Positions 1 to 7,870 of a DNA stretch of 38,324 nucleotides are shown here, piece after piece. The notes under the pieces are model-generated. The model was given only the letters and a program-made list of their open reading frames with translations. It searched no databases and had not been told where the DNA came from. The number at the start of each line of letters is the position of its first letter. The first letter of the stretch is position 1. A program made the position numbers and the translations under genes. The DNA is from a virus: IMG/VR virus record IMGVR_UViG_3300047496_000311. One strand, given 5' to 3'.

Positions 1-127
1 TAATTATCTCCCAGTAAATCATAATGGTCTTTCAGAAAGTTTATAATCTTAAACATAGAATAATGGTGCGGCTTGGTCTGGCCACAAATAAAGCGTCTCA
101 GTGTATTGATATTGATATTGATGTTCC
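1..127. repeat. terminal direct repeat, identical to 38198..38324 (circular-assembly overlap or short terminal redundancy)
   Basis: Compared base by base: 1-127 (taattatctcccagtaaatc...gatattgatgttcc) is the same string as 38198-38324. Unique length is 38197 bp. Confidence 0.95.
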
Positions 128-236
128 TGGCTAACTGTTCCAGGGTGGTTGGATTACTGGCATGGTAATTTAATAAGTCTTTTCTGAGTTCGTCATAATC
201 AAATAACGACTCGCGGGCTTTAAATTTGATTAACAT
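1..236 (-). CDS. Cro/XRE-like helix-turn-helix protein, 5' portion; the gene crosses the circular junction and its last 13 nt including the stop are 38185..38197
   Basis: Absent from the ORF track because it runs off the window edge. Minus-strand ATG at 236..234 with GGAG upstream. My translation: MLIKFKARESLFDYDELRKDLLNYHASNPTTLEQLARNINININTLRRFICGQTKPHHYSMFKIINFLKDHYDLLGDN, then YGTK-stop across the junction (82 aa). TLEQLARNI...NTLRRFICGQ fits an HTH helix-turn-helix pattern. Confidence 0.6.
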   Translation of the reverse strand, partial: MLIKFKARESLFDYDELRKDLLNYHASNPTTLEQLARNINININTLRRFICGQTKPHHYSMFKIINFLKDHYDLLGDN

Positions 237-275
237 CTGAAAGTCATCTCCTGTTCTTAAGAATCTATATTCCTT

Positions 276-303
276 AGTATACAAGATATGTGGTAATTTG
301 CAA
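276..303 (-). promoter_or_regulatory. sigma70-like promoter for the leftward early operon
   Basis: On the minus strand, TTGCAA (303..298), 16 nt, TATACT (281..276), about 40 nt upstream of the ATG at 236. Confidence 0.4.
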
Positions 304-351
304 TGAATGGATAGAATTGATAGACTGAAACTAGGTATTCAGCACTAATAA

Positions 352-377
352 TTAAGCGGCCGTTTAAGACCGCTTAA
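352..377. repeat. perfect 8-bp-stem inverted repeat in the divergent early control region (operator, ori or terminator-like)
   Basis: ttaagcgg (352..359), 10-nt loop, ccgcttaa (370..377). No clear U-tract on either strand. Confidence 0.4.
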
Positions 378-438
378 CATGCAAGATAAAACCGAAATAT
401 TCCACCAATGAGCTTAGTTCAAATACAGAGAAATGACA

Positions 439-467
439 TTGACTAATCCCATCGAGAATATTATGAT
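439..467 (+). promoter_or_regulatory. sigma70-like promoter for the rightward early genes
   Basis: TTGACT (439..444), 17 nt, TATGAT (462..467), 47 nt upstream of the ATG at 514. Confidence 0.45.
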
Positions 468-513
468 AATATCGTAAAAACGATAATCATCATTCTAAAG
501 AACGAGAGAGAAA

Positions 514-1620
514 ATGCAAGCAAAACAAGAAATTATTCCCCCATCCATAGATGCGAGAGAATACTTTCAGTCTTGTTTTTGGCGTGAGCGCGAAGCATGG
601 GAAGTCATGAATGAATTCTCCAGACGCGGCGCCAAAGTTCGTTTCAGTCAAGAATACATCGCTAAAAGAGTGGGAACCAATCGCACCACTATCAATCGTT
701 GGTTTAAGAAATGGAAAGAGCATGGTTTCATCACCAGTACGTATCGCCATATGCGCCCTTGTCACTATGAAGTGAACCCCTGGTTCTCCTTACCTGAAGT
801 TACCTCTTCGTACCGTCATGTTTTCCGTGCCTTTAAGGTATGTGCCTTCTGGTTAGTAGTAGGCTGCTATGCAGCAAAAACCGGTGAGAATACACAAATA
901 AATATAAAGAAATATCATGTATTACATGGTAGTTCAAAAGACAGTATAGAAAATAAAAGATTGCCTCTAGATACAGCCATCTCTTACGAGCTGGCTTCCA
1001 CCGAATTCACCCAAAAAGAGAAGATAGCGCTCTCTGCATTCCCTGACGAAGTCATCCGGAAAGCGTTAGCTCGCTACCATTCGGTTAGACCTAAGATCCG
1101 GGAACCAATCAAGTATGTATTCAAGCTATGCTGGGATATTGCAAATAAGTCTGGTTTGTATCCGGACTGGGTTTGGAAAAACAAGCTCCTCAGCATGGAA
1201 GACACCATGTTCCAAGAACCATTCCCCTTGAAGTCGTACATTGGCAAGGACAAGTCTGGAGATTGGATTCGTAAGAAAGAAACCCCCCCACTTCCGGTCG
1301 CCCCCCCAGCGGACCCTGCAGATAAGTATGCAAAGTTCCCACCAGAGTTAAGGGAAAGATTACACGCCGCTGACGCTAAAAGGGCTGCCATGGCTGCAAA
1401 GCCTACGATCACTGTAGTTAAAAAACCTGAGCCAGTCAGAGAACCTGTGGTCATTAAGTCCTCTGAACCTGTGGATACTGATATAAACGCGTTTACCCCT
1501 ACTCTGTTTAAGGGATGGAGTATGCCGAAGACGCAGTATGAAAGAAACCAAGAAAGCTTGGCCCAATTGTATAAAGAAATGGACATCGCCAGAGCACGAG
1601 AGAGAAAGAATGAAGCATAG
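514..1620 (+). CDS. winged-helix/HTH DNA-binding protein, possible replication initiator
   Basis: 368-aa ORF. N-terminal FSQEYIAKRVGTNRTTINRWFKKWKEHGFI is HTH-like. Pro-rich linker (PPLPVAPPADP), basic C-terminus. First gene after the rightward promoter and next to rusA. Confidence 0.4.
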   Translation: MQAKQEIIPPSIDAREYFQSCFWREREAWEVMNEFSRRGAKVRFSQEYIAKRVGTNRTTINRWFKKWKEHGFITSTYRHMRPCHYEVNPWFSLPEVTSSYRHVFRAFKVCAFWLVVGCYAAKTGENTQINIKKYHVLHGSSKDSIENKRLPLDTAISYELASTEFTQKEKIALSAFPDEVIRKALARYHSVRPKIREPIKYVFKLCWDIANKSGLYPDWVWKNKLLSMEDTMFQEPFPLKSYIGKDKSGDWIRKKETPPLPVAPPADPADKYAKFPPELRERLHAADAKRAAMAAKPTITVVKKPEPVREPVVIKSSEPVDTDINAFTPTLFKGWSMPKTQYERNQESLAQLYKEMDIARARERKNEA

Positions 1621-2014
1621 TTATTGTATTCCGGGAAAACCTATTCCCTGGCAAAGGCCTAAGGTAGGTAGATTTGGTAAATCCTATGATCCTCAAAAAG
1701 AGGTCAAGGAGGAAGTGGGATGGATTATTAAACACCAGCATGGAAGATTACCCCTTTTTAAAGGTTCTCTTTCATTAGAAATAGTTTTTTATATGCCTAT
1801 CCCTGAATCATGGTCTACGGTAAAAAAACAAAAGTTTAATGCACATTATCACATCTCTCGCCCTGATTTTTCAAATATGCTAAAGTTTTACGAAGATGTT
1901 TGTCAGGGTATCCTATATCACGACGACTGTCTTATCGCCACGGTGACTGGTTCTAAGATATACGATCCAGAGCCAAGAACCGTGATAACTATAAAGGAGA
2001 TAGACAATGAGTGA
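1610..2014 (+). CDS. rusA: RusA-family Holliday junction resolvase
   Basis: Internal ATG at 1610 overlaps the upstream stop. MKHSYCIPGKPIPWQRPK...LEIVFYMPIPESW...HISRPDFSNMLKFYEDVCQGILYHDDCLI matches the RusA pattern (GKP..k.R, PD.DN..K...D.L....y.DD). Confidence 0.8.
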   Translation: MKHSYCIPGKPIPWQRPKVGRFGKSYDPQKEVKEEVGWIIKHQHGRLPLFKGSLSLEIVFYMPIPESWSTVKKQKFNAHYHISRPDFSNMLKFYEDVCQGILYHDDCLIATVTGSKIYDPEPRTVITIKEIDNE

Positions 2015-2525
2015 AGAAATTAAAAAAACGATGCCACAGAAAGACAAGAAGCCATTTAAATCGACTTGGAGAGACGAGTACGAGGAAACGTGGTCTCTGA
2101 CGCGTAAACCAGTGAATATTAACTTCTTAAAGAAGCTGGCCTGTGACTGGGTTTTATGGGCGAAAGATGATCCCGAGGCTTTGAAGACTATGATGTTTTT
2201 TTACAATAAGGGTATCGCTGAAAGTACTGCGTACCAATGGATGAAAGAACATGACTTTCTAGAACAATCCCATAAAGTAGTGAAAAAGTTTATCGGTGCT
2301 CGTAGGGAAATTGGTGCTATTAAACGTATCTACGATTCGCCTATGATACGTACCACGATGCACCATTACGATGATATCTTTAAGGAAGATGAGGAATGGC
2401 GTTCAAAATTGCGTTCTGCGTTGGAGAACGAAACCAATGGTACTAAATTTATTATAATGAAAGATATGCCTGAAACTGATAAAGTTCCCCCTAAAAAGGA
2501 AAAGAATGATCAATCTGCCGGATAA
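2007..2525 (+). CDS. terS: putative terminase small subunit
   Basis: 172 aa. FFYNKGIAESTAYQWMKEHDFLEQSHKVVKKFIGARREIGAIKR resembles the HTH plus conserved helix of small terminases. Lies upstream of TerL on the same strand. Confidence 0.5.
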   Translation: MSEEIKKTMPQKDKKPFKSTWRDEYEETWSLTRKPVNINFLKKLACDWVLWAKDDPEALKTMMFFYNKGIAESTAYQWMKEHDFLEQSHKVVKKFIGARREIGAIKRIYDSPMIRTTMHHYDDIFKEDEEWRSKLRSALENETNGTKFIIMKDMPETDKVPPKKEKNDQSAG

Positions 2526-2799
2526 AAATATAATCAGTGTTAGCATGTCTGAAGAGGGTGTTATTACGGTTAAAACCATAGATCCATTGGTATTTCTGAA
2601 TAAGATAATGGGTAAGCCGCAAGAGTCCTTTGCTGAGATGGAATGGAAAGCATACCGCCGTGACCCACCTCTAAGTATTGAGAAGAAAAAAGAGCTGTGG
2701 GAAGAGATTAAGGCATGTCGTGCTGGCCCTGAGATAACGTGTTGTGACGGGATTACCTATCGTGAGTTGGAGCACCCTGTCATAGACGAGATGTCTTGA
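2506..2799 (+). CDS. hypothetical protein
   Basis: 97-aa ORF that overlaps the upstream gene end and sits in the same operon. No motif recognised. Confidence 0.5.
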   Translation: MINLPDKNIISVSMSEEGVITVKTIDPLVFLNKIMGKPQESFAEMEWKAYRRDPPLSIEKKKELWEEIKACRAGPEITCCDGITYRELEHPVIDEMS

Positions 2800-2859
2800 A
2801 TTTTAATGAATAGACTATGCAAAGAGAGTTTTCAAAAAGAGTAATGATTTGAAAGGATA

Positions 2860-3201
2860 ATGATAATGGTAAGCAATATTGATTCTTTAAGAAGAGAGTG
2901 GAAAAAGTTCAATAGCCCGACGCAGGAAAAGAATGATACGGTAAGCGTCTCTGTTAATGTAAGTAATCGTAGTGAAGTTTCGGACTTACCGCCCGCTAAT
3001 CGCTGGTACAGGAAAAAGATAAATAGTGGGGCAAGAAGAGTGGGTGTGTGGTTAGATCTTAGTAATAGCAAGAAGCTGAATTTCTTGTCAGTAATCACTG
3101 ATAAAACCGAGACGAATCTCATTATTGAGGGGATCCTAGACCTTCTTCAGAAGTATAAATTAGATGATTTTATCAGGGACACAGGTATAAAGGAATTATG
3201 A
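2860..3201 (+). CDS. hypothetical protein with possible C-terminal ribbon-helix-helix fold
   Basis: 113-aa ORF. RVGVWLDLSNSKKLNFLSVITDKTETNLIIEGILDLLQKY has a strand-helix-helix pattern. Start could be 2860 or 2866. Confidence 0.45.
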   Translation: MIMVSNIDSLRREWKKFNSPTQEKNDTVSVSVNVSNRSEVSDLPPANRWYRKKINSGARRVGVWLDLSNSKKLNFLSVITDKTETNLIIEGILDLLQKYKLDDFIRDTGIKEL

Positions 3202-3599
3202 TGAAAAAGATTAGAGAATTAGTATTACATTGCTGTACAGAAGAAAAGAAATGCGCAGAATGCCAACCAGAATGGGTTAAGCGCCACTTTATTGAGAAAG
3301 ATGAAGAGTTGCCAGAGGGCGAGCGATATACTGTGTTTATTCCCTTAATGGGCATCGATGATTGTATTCGTGCTAAGATGAAACATTTTGTTCCGGTTAT
3401 ATATAAAACCACTGGCGTTTGGTATATTGATCACCGCAATGCTCTTAAGATCTATAAAGGCAAGCCCATTGCCGATTTGATTCAGAATCGCGTTAGCTCT
3501 ATTTTGGAATATATTAGAGAGAATGATCCGCATTCAACATTAACTGAAGAAGAAGCGCAACAGTATTGGGATGAGGTAAAAGAGGCTAAAGATGAGTGA
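3198..3599 (+). CDS. hypothetical protein
   Basis: 133-aa ORF with a 4-nt overlap on the upstream gene (ATGA-type coupling). Cys cluster CCTEEKKCAEC near the N-terminus. Confidence 0.55.
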   Translation: MMKKIRELVLHCCTEEKKCAECQPEWVKRHFIEKDEELPEGERYTVFIPLMGIDDCIRAKMKHFVPVIYKTTGVWYIDHRNALKIYKGKPIADLIQNRVSSILEYIRENDPHSTLTEEEAQQYWDEVKEAKDE

Positions 3600-4107
3600 G
3601 CATGGTCAATGTCCTGTGTGTTTCCCTCTTCCTCCTCTAAATGTTGTTGCGAATGGGGCCTATAAATATTTAGATGAAGATGACAAGTGGGGCTCTTATA
3701 TACTGTATTTGGATGACAGAAGTATTTTATGTGCTGGTGTTCCATTGAAAGAGTTTCTTGCGCAGGGATTTTTAAAAACCGCCGCTGCCTTGTGGGAATC
3801 AAACGCGATCGAATTCTATAAACATGAGCCCTCTAATCTTAATTTTATTCTCGAAAAAGATTGGGATAAGTTTTTTGATGGTTGTTCCCGTGAGCGTCGC
3901 GATAAATTTCTTGCTCCCATCGAGCAACTCAAGTACAAATACCAAGCCAAGCAAAATAAATTTATGCATGACTGTTGCTTGGGAGGCTATCTAAAGGGCA
4001 TAGAGCTCATAAGAGCCACGCAGTGTGATGCGGAAATGGGGTCATCTAGTTGGGAATGGGTTAAAGATAGTAAAGGTGAATGGCAGCGAAAAGATATTAA
4101 AGAATGA
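3592..4107 (+). CDS. hypothetical protein
   Basis: 171-aa ORF overlapping both neighbours. CPVC motif near the N-terminus. Confidence 0.55.
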   Translation: MSEHGQCPVCFPLPPLNVVANGAYKYLDEDDKWGSYILYLDDRSILCAGVPLKEFLAQGFLKTAAALWESNAIEFYKHEPSNLNFILEKDWDKFFDGCSRERRDKFLAPIEQLKYKYQAKQNKFMHDCCLGGYLKGIELIRATQCDAEMGSSSWEWVKDSKGEWQRKDIKE

Positions 4108-5462
4108 ACATAGAAGCGCAAATACATCTCAATAAGTTCCAACCAAGAGATTATCAATTACCTCTTTTTGATGCCATCGAGAATAAAGACTATAGAAAAG
4201 TCGTGGCCATTCTTCCTCGTAGGGCGGGGAAGGATGTCTGCGCCTTTAATATTGTATTGCGTTATGCCATCAGAAATATCTGTGTGTGTTACTATATTTT
4301 TCCTACTTATAGCCAGGGCCGCAAGGTGATCTTTGACTCAATCACGTCCGACGGCACGAGAATATTGGATTACATTCCTAAACAATTGATAGCCTCCATT
4401 AACTCTCAAGAGATGAAAATACGATTAGCGAATGGCTCATTGATACAGGTTGTTGGTTCAGATAATTACGATACGCTTATGGGAACGAACCCTAAGTTTG
4501 TTGTATTCTCCGAGTACGCATTACAAGACCCGAGGGCATATCAATTCATACGGCCCATTTTAGCAGCCAATGGTGGGTATGCTTTGTTCCTAAGTACGCC
4601 TCGTGGTAAGAATCATCTTTATTCTCTTTATGAAGTTGCCCGTAATTCCGAACAATGGTTTGCCTATAAGTTGACGTTAGATGATACCAGGCATATTCCC
4701 TATGAGGAAATCGAACAGGACCGACGCGATGGTCTCATATCTGAAGATCTGATTCTTCAGGAATATTATACTTCATTTGATATGGGAGTAGAGGGTGCTT
4801 ATTATTCTAAATACCTGGATCGTATGCGTGTTAATCATCAGATTGGGGTGGTGCCATGGGAGCCGGGATTTGCAGTGCATACGGCCTGGGATCTAGGAAT
4901 AAGGGACAGCACGTGCATAGCGTTCTATCAGGTAATTGGGGGCAGCCAAGTTCGCATAATAGACTGTTACGAAAAAAATAAAGAGGGCCTTGAGCATTAT
5001 GTTAATGTGGTTAATAGTAAGCCTTATACTTATGGGAAGCATATTGCGCCGTTTGATATTGCTGTGCGAGAATTGGGAACGGGTATGACCCGGTTGGAAA
5101 AGGCTAGACAGTTAGGTATAAAGTTTACGGTTGCCCCGAATATTGGGATTGAAGATGGAATTGAATCGGTACGAAGCGCGTTGGGAAAAATCTGGATCGA
5201 TGAAGAGAGATGTAAACCACTCATTAAGGCCTTGGAAAACTATAGACAGGAATATGATTCAAAGCGCCAGGTCTATAAATCTCAACCACTTCATGATATT
5301 AATTCTCATTTTGCTGATTGTATGCGTTATCTCTGTGTTTCGCTCCCAAAAATACGAGATGGATTGAGTGCGGAAGAGTTGGAACAAAGATACCAAGAGG
5401 CAGTATATGGCAAAAAATCAAATATGCCGGCAGTGTTCAGAGATGACTTGCCACCCTACTGA
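4104..5462 (+). CDS. terL: terminase large subunit
   Basis: 452 aa. Walker A-like LPRRAGKD and Walker B-like KFVVFSEYA. Nuclease-half motifs TAWDLGIRDSTCIAFYQ, HIAPFD and HDINSHFADCMRYL are typical of TerL. Confidence 0.9.
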   Translation: MNIEAQIHLNKFQPRDYQLPLFDAIENKDYRKVVAILPRRAGKDVCAFNIVLRYAIRNICVCYYIFPTYSQGRKVIFDSITSDGTRILDYIPKQLIASINSQEMKIRLANGSLIQVVGSDNYDTLMGTNPKFVVFSEYALQDPRAYQFIRPILAANGGYALFLSTPRGKNHLYSLYEVARNSEQWFAYKLTLDDTRHIPYEEIEQDRRDGLISEDLILQEYYTSFDMGVEGAYYSKYLDRMRVNHQIGVVPWEPGFAVHTAWDLGIRDSTCIAFYQVIGGSQVRIIDCYEKNKEGLEHYVNVVNSKPYTYGKHIAPFDIAVRELGTGMTRLEKARQLGIKFTVAPNIGIEDGIESVRSALGKIWIDEERCKPLIKALENYRQEYDSKRQVYKSQPLHDINSHFADCMRYLCVSLPKIRDGLSAEELEQRYQEAVYGKKSNMPAVFRDDLPPY

Positions 5463-5802
5463 AAAAAGCGAAATAGAAAAATACTTTGCTTATAAGAATG
5501 AACAAAGGGTTTTTTTTGACAACCTGTTTGGTTGTGTCATCAGTATTTGTCTATACGTTGCATTTTTTATTCTAATTTCTTCATTGTTGAGTCGTTTGAC
5601 AAGAAGATTGTTTAGGGCTCATTTTCAGGAAGCAGAAAAGAAAAGAAAAGCGGAAGAGCAGGCACGTGAATACGCACCCTATATAGAGCATTGGCGTAAA
5701 ATAGATGAACACATAGCCAAATTAAGTGAAAATAACAACAAAGAGACAAGTGAGAGTGATGATAGTAAAATTGTTGAGTCGTTTGACAAGAAGATTATTT
5801 AG
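5443..5802 (+). CDS. membrane-anchored coiled-coil protein (copy 1 of a tandemly duplicated module)
   Basis: ATG at 5443 within track ORF 5368..5802; start uncertain. TM segment LFGCVISICLYVAFFILISSLL, then LSRLTRRLFRAHFQEAEKKRKAEEQARE. Confidence 0.45.
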   Translation: MTCHPTEKSEIEKYFAYKNEQRVFFDNLFGCVISICLYVAFFILISSLLSRLTRRLFRAHFQEAEKKRKAEEQAREYAPYIEHWRKIDEHIAKLSENNNKETSESDDSKIVESFDKKII

Positions 5803-5994
5803 GACTTATTTTGAGGCAGCAGAAAAGAAAAGAAGAGCGGAAGAGCAAGCGCGTGAAGAAGAGCAAGCATATGAAGAAGAGAAAGCACGTGTTCACGCAG
5901 AATACTTAGAGAATTGGCGTAGAATAAATGAACATCTAGCTGAATTACGTGAAAATAACAACAAAGAGACAAGTCAGAGTGATGAGAGTAAAAA
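5584..5994 (+). repeat. tandem duplication: copy 1 at 5584..5770 (187 nt), copy 2 at 5771..5994 (224 nt with a ~37-nt insertion)
   Basis: Both copies start ttgttgagtcgtttgacaagaagatt and end gaaaataacaacaaagagacaagt[g/c]agagtgatga[t/g]agtaaaa. That end segment carries an RBS and ATG for the next ORF. Confidence 0.85.
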
Positions 5995-6001
5995 TGAATA
6001 A
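5759..6001 (+). CDS. coiled-coil protein (copy 2 of the duplicated module)
   Basis: ATG at 5759 after gagag. MIVKLLSRLTRRLFRTYFEAAEKKRRAEEQAREEEQ...NNNKETSQSDESKNE parallels copy 1 but is in a different frame from ORF 5443..5802. Confidence 0.4.
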   Translation: MIVKLLSRLTRRLFRTYFEAAEKKRRAEEQAREEEQAYEEEKARVHAEYLENWRRINEHLAELRENNNKETSQSDESKNE

Positions 6002-6542
6002 TCAAAGTGATTTTATAGATATATATGAATCTCGGCTTCGCAACGCGTATCTATGTGGATTTTTAGATGAATACGTGGAAGGATTGGTGACGTTGAATGG
6101 ATTGACGCGAGAAATTGTGGATCAGATAGTGATCAATCTTTATTCGCGCTACTCAAAGTGTGCGCACCCCGTCCCCTGTAAGTTACATCAAAAAAATAAG
6201 ATAATAGGTATGGGGACCATTGCCTTTTGTAATACACGCACATTGGATTATGTTCGTAAATGCCGCGGATTTATACCAATTGATAGGTATCCTAGGTATC
6301 CTACCGATTCAAATTCCCATTACAATTCTGAGTATGGAGCAGTTGGTAATGCTAGGTTTATAGTTGGCAATTTTTGTCGATCCGTGGTGAATCAGGATAA
6401 GATAACAGATTATCTGTATTTTGTAGCAGTCCCACAATGTGGTTGTGAAGGCCATCCTTGGTTTAGGCCCATAGATATTAAACCTGTTTGTATCTCGAGT
6501 AAATTAGCCACTTCAAATCCACCATCGACTATTGATTGGTAA
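5982..6542 (+). CDS. Cys-rich hypothetical protein
   Basis: Start at 5982 or 5994 (MNNQSDF...). About 185 aa with about 11 Cys. No motif recognised. Confidence 0.5.
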   Translation: MRVKMNNQSDFIDIYESRLRNAYLCGFLDEYVEGLVTLNGLTREIVDQIVINLYSRYSKCAHPVPCKLHQKNKIIGMGTIAFCNTRTLDYVRKCRGFIPIDRYPRYPTDSNSHYNSEYGAVGNARFIVGNFCRSVVNQDKITDYLYFVAVPQCGCEGHPWFRPIDIKPVCISSKLATSNPPSTIDW

Positions 6543-6545
6543 CTA

Positions 6546-6857
6546 ATGGTTTATAGAATATCTCAGATTATATTGTTTTTATTTCTCCTGGCAGGCGATT
6601 TCTGTAGCGTTGAAGTCCCGATCCCCATTCTGTGCAATCCGCCCATCGAGTGTGAAGTATGTGTTATTTATTTTTGGGAAAGTCGTTCTCCTTTTCTTGA
6701 TCGCAATCCCCTGTTCTCGGTAAGCTCTCAAAAGAAACGTACCGTATCATCTTTATATGGGAGGAAAAAAGATGAAAATACTCACGATTCTTTTGCTACT
6801 GGAGACTCTAACGGGTGGGATATTGGTGACGGCTGGCGGCTTGAACTTCGAGAATGA
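6546..6857 (+). CDS. hypothetical protein with N-terminal hydrophobic or signal segment
   Basis: 103-aa ORF, ISQIILFLFLLAGDFCS. Overlaps the next, better-supported gene by 86 nt, so it is doubtful. Confidence 0.3.
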   Translation: MVYRISQIILFLFLLAGDFCSVEVPIPILCNPPIECEVCVIYFWESRSPFLDRNPLFSVSSQKKRTVSSLYGRKKDENTHDSFATGDSNGWDIGDGWRLELRE

Positions 6858-7173
6858 TTTCGTTATTCAAAAGCAGAACGCTTTTCTCTGTGGTTTATTG
6901 AAAGCCGACGTTAATGTCATGGACTTAAGCTCTAAAAACCTAGATAACATAGAGAATATTCAGTATTTAGTGGTGAAACACAATGGTAATTACACATTGC
7001 TTAAGAGTGTAAAAAATCTCTATCTTAAGCTGAATAATAACAATTTAAAGACGCTACCTAAGGGAGTTCAGTCTCTTGATTTGGTGAAACTGAATGTAAA
7101 GAACAATAAAAACTTAATTCTTCCGAAATGGCTTTCCGAAATGAAAAGACTTATGTATATTAAAAAGGATTGA
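6772..7173 (+). CDS. secreted leucine-rich-repeat-like protein
   Basis: ATG at 6772 after GGAGG. Signal-like MKILTILLLLETLTGG. LRR-like LYLKLNNNNLKTLPKGVQSLDLVKLNVKNNKNLILPKWL. Confidence 0.45.
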   Translation: MKILTILLLLETLTGGILVTAGGLNFENDFVIQKQNAFLCGLLKADVNVMDLSSKNLDNIENIQYLVVKHNGNYTLLKSVKNLYLKLNNNNLKTLPKGVQSLDLVKLNVKNNKNLILPKWLSEMKRLMYIKKD

Positions 7174-7208
7174 TTGCCCGCTCCAACAGGCAACACTCAT
7201 CATGACTG

Positions 7209-7240
7209 CCCGTGGGCTTAAAAATCCACGGGTTTTTCTT
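7209..7240 (+). terminator. rho-independent terminator; its 3' half is duplicated at 7250..7271
   Basis: cccgtgg (7209..7215), loop, ccacggg (7226..7232), then tttttctttt. A second cttaaagatccacgggtttttt follows. Confidence 0.6.
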
Positions 7241-7283
7241 TTCACAATGCTTAAAGATCCACGGGTTTTTTGTTCGCATAATA

Positions 7284-7311
7284 TTGACAACCCCTTCATA
7301 AGTGATAGTAT
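7284..7311 (+). promoter_or_regulatory. sigma70-like promoter with extended -10
   Basis: TTGACA (7284..7289), 16 nt, TGaTAGTAT (-10 hexamer at 7306..7311). Confidence 0.5.
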
Positions 7312-7386
7312 TATACAGGAAGTGAGATGAATGGAGCGTATTTAATCATATCCGTTTAACAATTATATCTTTTGAGAAGGGAAGAT

Positions 7387-7797
7387 ATGTGTTCAATTCT
7401 TCGGCCTACGGCCGTTCTTTGTGTTATAGTTTTATTTAGTTCTCCATCCTTATTTGGGATGAATAAGTTCTTTAGTTTTAATCCTACTAGGGGCAATCTG
7501 CAGCTCAAGGTAGTGAGAGAAACGCTTAATCCTGTCCCTAAGGATAGTAGTGAGTTGATTAAAGAGACTATCATAGAGAAACTAGAAGAACAGGATGAAA
7601 AGCAGCTAGAGAAAGATGGGGAACTCTTCGATATGAAGTGGGAAGCTCTTAAGATAATAGCAGCAACCTCCGTGAGTGTAGGGCAACCTGGTGGTACATC
7701 TATACCTGTTGATCTAGGAAAGTTATATCTTACTTATAAAGCAACACAGTACGCTTATAACTATTTTATGTCTAACAAAGATTCGTCTAACGAATAA
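7387..7797 (+). CDS. secreted hypothetical protein (promoter-gene-terminator moron)
   Basis: ATG at 7387 after gaaggga. Signal-like MCSILRPTAVLCVIVLFSSPSLFG. Flanked by the promoter at 7284 and the terminator at 7819. Confidence 0.55.
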   Translation: MCSILRPTAVLCVIVLFSSPSLFGMNKFFSFNPTRGNLQLKVVRETLNPVPKDSSELIKETIIEKLEEQDEKQLEKDGELFDMKWEALKIIAATSVSVGQPGGTSIPVDLGKLYLTYKATQYAYNYFMSNKDSSNE

Positions 7798-7818
7798 TGC
7801 ATTAACTAAAACATCGCT

Positions 7819-7853
7819 TGGCCCCTACTCGGGGCCACAAATTCTTATTATTT
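7819..7853 (+). terminator. rho-independent terminator
   Basis: tggcccc (7819..7825), tactc, ggggcca (7831..7837), then a T-rich tail caaattcttattattt. Confidence 0.5.
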
Positions 7854-7870
7854 ACATTAAAGGAAGCTTT

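Noticed and set aside
107-121. Hexamer tandem repeat (tattga x3) as a regulatory iteron
   Set aside because: It lies inside the junction-spanning HTH gene and simply encodes NININ in the first helix region. There is no evidence of a separate function.
1283-1307. Two C7 homopolymers in the 368-aa HTH protein gene, as possible phase-variation sites
   Set aside because: They encode the prolines of a Pro-rich linker (ETPPLPVAPPADP). They are shorter than typical contingency tracts. I have no evidence for an alternative frame product.
1074-1741. Minus-strand ORFs 1074..1586, 1360..1566 and 1508..1741
   Set aside because: They lie entirely within the plus-strand HTH and RusA genes, have low-complexity translations and lack an RBS.
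5131-5367. Alternative-frame ORFs inside TerL (5131..5367 +, 5030..5224 -) and inside portal (9464..9784, 10667..10849, 11129..11338)
   Set aside because: They are embedded in strongly supported genes and have no independent signals.
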